From Eledone cirrhosa (taxonomy: Eukaryota): a DNA stretch of 64,000 nt. The position numbers and the translations under genes were made by a program. The DNA lies in NCBI GenBank assembly GCA_964016885.1, contig OZ024741.1:404736001-404800000 (forward strand), in the 5' to 3' direction. This document shows positions 56,701-64,000 of the stretch, in pieces. The notes under the pieces were generated by a model, which did no database searches, was not told the DNA's origin, and saw only the letters and a list, made by a program, of their open reading frames with translations. Numbering within the stretch: position 1 is the stretch's first letter; the number at the start of each line of letters is the position of its first letter.

Positions 56701-57380
56701 AAAAGTATTTTTTGAAGTTTTTTGGAAGAATTTTCTTAACTTTTTTAACTCCTTTAATTTTTAAATTTTTTGGATTCTGGTAATCGTTTGGATTTTAGCT
56801 CTTAACTTTTGACAACTTTCTGAATTTTGGAGAGAAAAGAATGTTTTCTTAGTTCCCCTCCACAAAAGTAACTTTAACAGACAGACTAAAAAAACACACA
56901 CGCAGCAACCCCACATACACACACGTGTTTATCCATACATATACGCACACACTCACATGTGTGTACTGTTGTATATACACCCTCACACTCTCTCTATACA
57001 TATGTGTATACGGGTATATATATGTGTGTGTGTAAGTATATACACATACCAACCTACCACAGAATTCAGTTCTTACAACCCCCTATCCCCTTTAGAACTA
57101 TTGACCACTAGATTAAAGAATACATTCACAGCATATTTTTCACATCAACAGCTTCCTCTCTTACAAGTAAACAACTTGTTCTCATTTCCAACCAACTTTT
57201 CAGGAAGCAGGATGGAAGAAAAATTAAACATTCGATTTTGATTTTAATTTTAAACATTTCTTTTTTTACTCCTATCAACTCTTTTTAATTAACTTCTTAC
57301 ACTACATTTGACAAGATTGATCTTAATACATCGAAACCAGTAATTTTCTCATATACTTTATATACTTCATAAAAGAAAAA
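53756..57380 (+). mobile_element. Penelope-like element (RT + GIY-YIG), decayed, near full length
   Basis: KEADKG (~54773-54790), LRPIIAG, LVSFDVITLYTNIP, GTAMGTKIAP, RYLDD (~55580), FLDILI, YYKPTDS; Cys linker CERTNCGTC; NLIYVITC..C..NYIGQT. Many frameshifts. Starts directly after (TA)n; degenerate HHR near the 3' end. Confidence 0.9.
57305..57345 (+). ncRNA. Degenerate HHR (U3-A8 core) at the 3' end of the Penelope-like element
   Basis: cat-TTGACAA-gat..atc-GAAA-ccag-TA-att; stems imperfect. Confidence 0.45.
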
Positions 57381-57519
57381 AAAAAAGAATTGTCCCCCTC
57401 TTCTTTTAATAACATCTTTTTAATAACACTATCTTTTCAATAATGTCACTTTGACGAATCAAAAAAGTAAAACAGACTCTTAAATATATCTCCCGTGCTA
57501 TTTCCAACTTCATCTTTTC

Positions 57520-57569
<50 letters not shown>

Positions 57570-57952
57570 AGTATGTATACGTACATACATATATGTATAC
57601 TGACGTACAGTAGTATGTATATATATATATATACATACATGCACACATATTTATATGTATGTATGGATTCACCGAACATTTATTATAATGCTCGGTGTGT
57701 TTGTAAACAAACATCCCGAATTAAGCCGTAGTGTCTAGCAACCATCGTTGCTCATTTATTGAACACTGACAAAGGAACGCTGTACTACTTTCAAGCATAT
57801 TAGCTATCGTCAGCAACGTATAACTTCCTGCCAGATGATTGAACGTCTGAAAGTATATACTTCCCTTATGCATATTAACGGCTGAGCAGCCTAATTTGCA
57901 TATCGAGTGAGTTAATTTGCATATCAGGCGTTCAATCATCTGGCAGGAAGGT

Positions 57953-57995
57953 ATGTTGCTGACGATAACTAATAAGCTTGAAACTAGTACAGCGT
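57953..57995 (+). ncRNA. Type I HHR inside fold-back 57660-58115; mirror copy 57777-57819
   Basis: atgttg-CTGACGA-taact(aata)agctt-GAAA-ctag-TA-cagcgt. Confidence 0.72.
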
Positions 57996-58276
57996 TCCTT
58001 TGTCAGTGTTGAACAAATGAGCAACGATGGTTGTTAGACACTGTACGGCTTAATTCGGGATGTTTGTTTACAAACACACCGAGCATTATAATAAATGTTC
58101 GGTGAATCCATACGTACATATATATATATATGTGTGCATGTATGTATATATATATACATACTACTGTACGTCTGTATACATATATGTATGTACGTATACA
58201 TACTTATATTTTAGTAACAGCCGTACTAAGAGTGAGAAATGAAATTTCGTTTCATTTATTCCGTTTATATATATAT

Positions 58277-58930
58277 ATCATCATCATCATCATCATCATT
58301 TTACGTCTGCTTTTCCCTGCTTGCAAGGGTGGGACGGGTCCTATTCAGCACAGCATCTCTCCACTTGTCACGGTCCTTCGTCATCTCTACCGTGAGCCTC
58401 AGCGATCTGAGGTCTGTTCTCACCACCTCCGCCCATGTTTTTCGTGGTCTACCTCTACCACGTCTTCCTTCAACTGGCATTTCTTGGCACTTCTTCACCC
58501 ATCGGTCATCCTCCATGCACATCACATGTCTATACCACCTCAGTCTCCTCTCCCGTACACTACATGCTATCCCTCTCAGACACAGTTTCTCTCTCAACTC
58601 ATCCATGCTGGGTCGTTCACACACATTGACAATGCACATCCAACGGAGCATGCTTGCCTCATTTCTCTCTAGCCGTCGCATATCCTCTGCAGTTGCTGCC
58701 CATGTCTCACTACCATGCAGCAGCGCCTCCTCACACAGGCATCATATAACCGGTCTTTCGTACGCAGGGAGAAACCCTTCTTCGTCAGCAGAGGAAGCAG
58801 CTCCCTAAACTTCTTCCAACCCGTCCTTATTCTAGATACTATGGCCTCGGAACACCCCCCCCCCTCCCATGCTAATCTGATCACCTAGGTACCGGAAGCT
58901 ATCCACCACTTCTGTATCACCCACCTGTAT
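58277..58930 (-). mobile_element. RTE-clade LINE 3' fragment with (GAT)n tail
   Basis: ORFs 58669-58884 (SRIRTGWKKFREL) and 58301-58681 (MLRWMC, RRLRWYRHV, RGRGRPRKTW). Tail reads (CAT)n on plus. Confidence 0.88.
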
Positions 58931-59092
58931 TTGAAAGATGTCTATCACTGCGACTTCTTCTGTCTAATGTCCCTCTACATCTCCTGCACGTATCTCTCCT
59001 TACCTCTTACTTTGTCTGCTATCCCACTACATAAATATATCCCCCTCTCACACTCTCTCATTCACTCCCTCTATATATATATACATATATAC

Positions 59093-59128
<36 letters not shown>

Positions 59129-59173
59129 ATCCCTCTCTCTCCTTCGTCCTACCCCTCATACTTTCACTTTTCT

Positions 59174-59210
<37 letters not shown>

Positions 59211-59304
59211 CTCCATCTAGTTCTTCCTTTCTCTATTTTCTATATCGTACCTGTAATTAATTGCCCACCTTATCATACGATATCTCACTGATTTGTCCGT
59301 AATA

Positions 59305-59940
59305 AGGGTTTCTTATTTTGGGGGAAGAGAAAGTCGATTAAATCAATCCCCAGTATGTTACTGGTACTTTATTATATCAACCACGTAAGGATGAAAGGCA
59401 AAATCAACCTCGGTGGGATTTTAACTAAGAATATAAAGCGCCGTAACTACATGCCACACAGCATGTTGTCTGACGCTCTACCGATACTGCCAATTCACCA
59501 CAATAAATAGGTTTAGGTACAAGGCCAACAATTTCGGGGAAAGGGAGCGTCATTTAAATCAACCCTAGTGCATTACTGGTACTTTATTTTGTCGACCTCG
59601 TAAGGATGTAAGTTAACATCGGTGGGATTTGAACTCAGAACGTAAAGGGCTGTATCTGCATGCCACGAAGCCTTTTGTCCGACGCTCTACCGATACTGCC
59701 AAACCATCGCCCTTAATAATAGTTTCTGAGTAAGGCACAGGGCCAACAATTTGAAGGGGAGGGGAAAGTCGATTAAATCGACATCAATGCATTACTGGTA
59801 CTTTATTTTATCGACCCCGTAAGGATGAAAGGCAAAGTTAACCTCGGCGGGATTTGAACTCAGATCATAAAGGGCCGTAACTCTATGCTGCAAAGCATGG
59901 CGTCCGACCCTCTACCGATACTGCCAATCCACCGCCCTTA
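59305..59940 (-). mobile_element. Three tandem copies of the second SINE family
   Basis: ttactggtactttat...ctctaccgatactgccaa repeated three times at ~215-225 bp spacing. Confidence 0.8.
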
Positions 59941-60925
59941 ATAATAAAAGGAGACTGGACTGCATGAGATCAGTTCAAAATATTTAAGAAACCATCATTT
60001 GTCTTTCAATTACTGATAATACCTTCTGCCAGGAGTTGTTACTGTCAGGGAAAAGGGTTAAAGGACTTCGTGGAAGTTTCCTAGTCACGTGGAATTTCAC
60101 ATTTTACTGAGAAATAATTAAATGTTGGCACGAGATATCAGAAAAGTTGTAGATATAGCATGCTAGCTTCATAAAATCTATAGACCCCTGCAATAAATAC
60201 TTGGGAAAGTCAAATTGATTGATATGCCTTACAAAGGAGGAGAAAGTAGTTTTTCATCTCCTGCATAAAAACAAATTACAGTTGTGTATTACTAGAGATA
60301 TTTATCATGGTTTTCTTTTAAAAGGGAAAACGAAAAAGAAATTAAGAACTAAAGTATTGATCCACACATACAAACACACGCACGCACACACACATACGTA
60401 CGCACACATACATACACACACACATACATAAACATACACATATACACACACATTCTGTGATTATGTGTCAGTGAAGATGTACGTCTGTAAATGTGAAGAT
60501 ATAGAACAAGACTAACATAAAAAGAAGTTTATTTTCCAGCAACGAGCAAAAACAAATTTCTTGGGATGTCGATTTAGATACAAATCTCAAAGTTATATAC
60601 ATATGTGTATGTAAGTATGCATTTATTTCATGTATATATATATATGTGTGTATGCGCATGTCTGTGAGTATGTATGCATGCAGGTAGATATGTGTATATA
60701 TATGTATGCACATACATATATATATATATATATAGGAAAAAGTATGACCCCGACGGCAGAGCTCAAGCCGTTTCGACGGCTATTTCTGAGTCTAGAAATA
60801 GCCGTCGAAACGGCTTGAGCTCTGCCGTCGGGGTCATGCTTTTTCCTATTACCCACTCTACTACCCTAAGTATTGAGTACTCTGGTGGGTTATGGTCCAT
60901 CTGGTTCCTTACCACAATTCATTTG

Positions 60926-60958
<33 letters not shown>

Positions 60959-61083
60959 TTATTCCAAGTTCAATCGGGGGTAACCACAGTAAGTAAGGTA
61001 CTCAATACATGGCAGAGTATAAATGCTTTAATATAGAAAAGCTTCAACAGGACCAGAATTGTTTCATTCGTGATAAATCTTCA

Positions 61084-61128
61084 TTCCTGATGATTTCTCA
61101 CGAATGAAACAGTTCTAGTCCTGTAGAA
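61084..61128 (+). ncRNA. Type I HHR; same family on minus strand at 63160-63204
   Basis: ttc-CTGATGA-tttc(tcac)gaat-GAAA-cag(ttctagtc)ctg-TA-gaa. Confidence 0.7.
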
Positions 61129-61415
61129 GCTTATATATATATCACCAGTTGAAAGATAATAAAATTGTTCAGCACTCTATGCTTTTAAGTGAATTAGATA
61201 TTCAGTTTTAAAAGTGTATTTTATCGTAATATGTTCAATGTTTATATTAAGCGTTCGAAGTTTCAGTTTAATATGTTTTATTTGTAATCTCGTATAACGC
61301 ATTCTTTTTTGGAATAGCCACATCTGAGCCATGAACTATTACAATCAGCGGTTTGATTTCTTCATCATGCCTTTAGGGTCCTAAGCAGGTCATTTGTGAA
61401 ACATGTATACGGCGT

Positions 61416-61471
<56 letters not shown>

Positions 61472-61556
61472 CGAAGGAAGTGTGATAAGGAACCAGTTGG
61501 ACCATAACGTACCAGAGTACTCAATACTGAGGGTAGTAGAGTGGGTAATACTACTA

Positions 61557-61593
<37 letters not shown>

Positions 61594-61877
61594 AGGAGGT
61601 TATAGTTCACTTTTACGATTAGACCTATCTTCCCACACTCACACACACCCACATACCTACACCTTCATGCTTTCTCCCACACACATATACAGGCACGCAT
61701 ATAAAATTTAAAAAAAAAAAAAAAACACAACAAAAACATAAACAAACCCCTCTTAAAGGGAGACTACTCTTTACCCACCTAATTTTAATTCTTTGATATT
61801 AAAGTTAGAACTCTATACTATTTCCGGTCAGCATGGCTTCATTGGAAATTTAGACGCTGGTCTGAGACTTTTACTTC

Positions 61878-61912
61878 CCTCCGAAGAAGAGATATTATCT
61901 CGAAAATTAAGG
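61878..61912 (+). ncRNA. Possible minimal HHR, core CCGAAGA
   Basis: cct-CCGAAGA-a-gagat(att)atctc-GAAA-at-TA-agg, then aataaa; weak. Confidence 0.35.
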
Positions 61913-62026
61913 ACATTTAAATAAATTCAAGGTGAAAGACGAATTCTCATCAATATCTCTCACTATTGCATTCTTTTTTCTATGTCCATATCTGCATTGT
62001 CTTGGCCTTATTACACATATTCTAAC

Positions 62027-62102
<76 letters not shown>

Positions 62103-62686
62103 AAAAAGAGATGAAATCGAAAATGCAACTGAAGTCTTATTTTTTTAAAAAATATATATATTTATTTGGTTCCTTTACCGGTTTCGCAGTTCTTCTGCTT
62201 TTCAAAAGGTGAGTTGAGATGGAGGGTCTGTGGTTTTTCTCACATCTGGTTGGTCTCTGAATGTTACTTGTTTTATATGGAAAAAGTGGCTCGAAATTCC
62301 AGGTTTTTCGAGAAGTAATTTGATTGGTTTGTCAATAATTATAATAAATTTCGCGCCAGTTCGCGTTACAATAGTTCTTCAAATAAGAGAGTGTGGGGGG
62401 GGGGGGGGGTCACAGGTTGTTTTTTCATATATGAGCCTCCTTTTTTCAAGTAAAAAGAAATTCAAACACTCATATATGAAAAAACAACCTGTGACAACCC
62501 CCCCCCCCTCTCTTATTTGAAGAACTATTGTAACGCGAACTGGCGCGAAATTTATTATAATTATTGACAAACCAATCAAATTACTTCTCGAAAAACCTGG
62601 AATTTCGAGCCACTTCCATATAAAACAAGTAACATTCAGAGACCAACCAGATGTGAGAAAAACCACAGACCCTCCATCTCAACTCA

Positions 62687-62724
62687 CCTTTTGAAAAGCA
62701 GAAGAACTGCGAAACCGGTAAAGG
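62687..62724 (+). ncRNA. Minimal HHR with U3-A8 core inside fold-back 62097-62800; mirror copy 62172-62209
   Basis: cctt-TTGAAAA-gcag(aagaa)ctgc-GAAA-ccgg-TA-aagg, then aataaa. Confidence 0.75.
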
Positions 62725-62855
62725 AACCAAATAAATATATATTTTTTTTTTAAAAATAAGACTTCAGTTGCATTTTCGATTTCATCTCTTTTTCTTTATA
62801 CTTTCACTCGTGTAGGACACCTCGGTTATTTTTCATTTTGTAAAAAAAACCTCAC

Positions 62856-62895
<40 letters not shown>

Positions 62896-62965
62896 ATAAT
62901 AAATGTGAAGACTAACATCCGAAGACGGCTCGATAAGGATGCAACTACTGATATACTCATGTTTG

Positions 62966-63015
62966 TAGGCTCTGAGGATTCCTGCCATGGTGTATGGATG
63001 AAACACTGTTAGCTA
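62966..63015 (+). ncRNA. Type I HHR followed by AATAAA
   Basis: taggct-CTGAGGA-ttcc...ggat-GAAA-cactg-TT-agcta. Confidence 0.6.
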
Positions 63016-63259
63016 ATAAAACAATGTATTTCTAAGCACTCTTTGGTTATTCCTATAACTATATATAAATATATATATATACCGGGTTCAATCGGGGGCA
63101 ACCACGGTAAGTAAGGTACTCAATACAAGGCAGAGTATAAATATTTAATATAGAAAGGCTTCTACAGGACTAGAACTGTTTCATTCGGGAGAAATCATCA
63201 GGAAACCTGATGATTTCTCCCGAATACAATAGAGTGTGTGTATATATATATATATACTC

Positions 63260-63298
<39 letters not shown>

Positions 63299-63373
63299 TC
63301 TACTTTCCTAAGTATCGAGTACTTAGCTGAACATGGTCTCACTAGTCTAAACTGGTAACCCCCAATATCTCAC

Positions 63374-63464
<91 letters not shown>

Positions 63465-63872
63465 ATATATAAAGATGAACTTTCCTTTCAACCATGTTGT
63501 ATCAACTGTGAGTTTTATCTCTTCTATTAAAGATGTTTACAGTTCTTAGTAAATGATTTATGTTCAATTTAGCTGTTACGATCCAAACATCAGAATTAGA
63601 TATATAAATGTATTTATGTTTAAGTAAATGTGCATGTGCGTGTGTGTGTGTATGTATGTGTGTGTGTGTCTGTGTGTGCCTATGTTAGTGTGTGTCTGTG
63701 TGTGTGTGTGAATGTCTATTTGCCTCAATCCAAGTATTGTTATATATGTGCAAAATTTCTTAAGCGAGAGAATTGAGAATCAAAATACATTTAAATTTAT
63801 CAGATGAGTTTTGATAAATATATAGAAATAGAAATAGAAGTTATGGAAATGGGTATCATGTATAGAGGTTAG

Positions 63873-63927
<55 letters not shown>

Positions 63928-64000
63928 TCTACGTGCGAATATATAGGTCAATATTGGTTTTCTGAGAATATGAGTATATATCGTGCTGAATATATCGATT

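Overview
Repeat-saturated, AT-rich eukaryotic DNA. The microsatellite load and SINE types suggest a cephalopod (octopus-like) genome, but that is inference. I found no supportable host gene. Three things dominate. (1) 29801-47700 is a head-to-tail stack of three diverged, near full-length Tx1/L1-clade non-LTR retrotransposons plus one 3' fragment, all on the minus strand and each separated by (GATA)n. One has an intact 1148-aa APE-RT ORF2. (2) The window is full of type I hammerhead ribozyme (HHR) motifs, about 35 by my manual count, in more than 10 sequence families. They include a ~8.25-copy 469-bp tandem array and a ~3.6-copy 310-bp array with one HHR per unit (retrozyme-like), and many short fold-back insertions in (TA)n tracts. 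Several carry non-canonical cores (U3-A8, U4A, GCAA, U-U closing stem II). (3) There are decayed Penelope-like (RT + GIY-YIG) elements, which are the plausible mobilising partners. Also present: RTE 3' fragments, two tRNA-derived SINE families, Gypsy-like LTR fragments, mariner-like MITEs, huge (TA)n tracts and a 200-N gap. All folds were paired by eye and coordinates may be off by a few bases.
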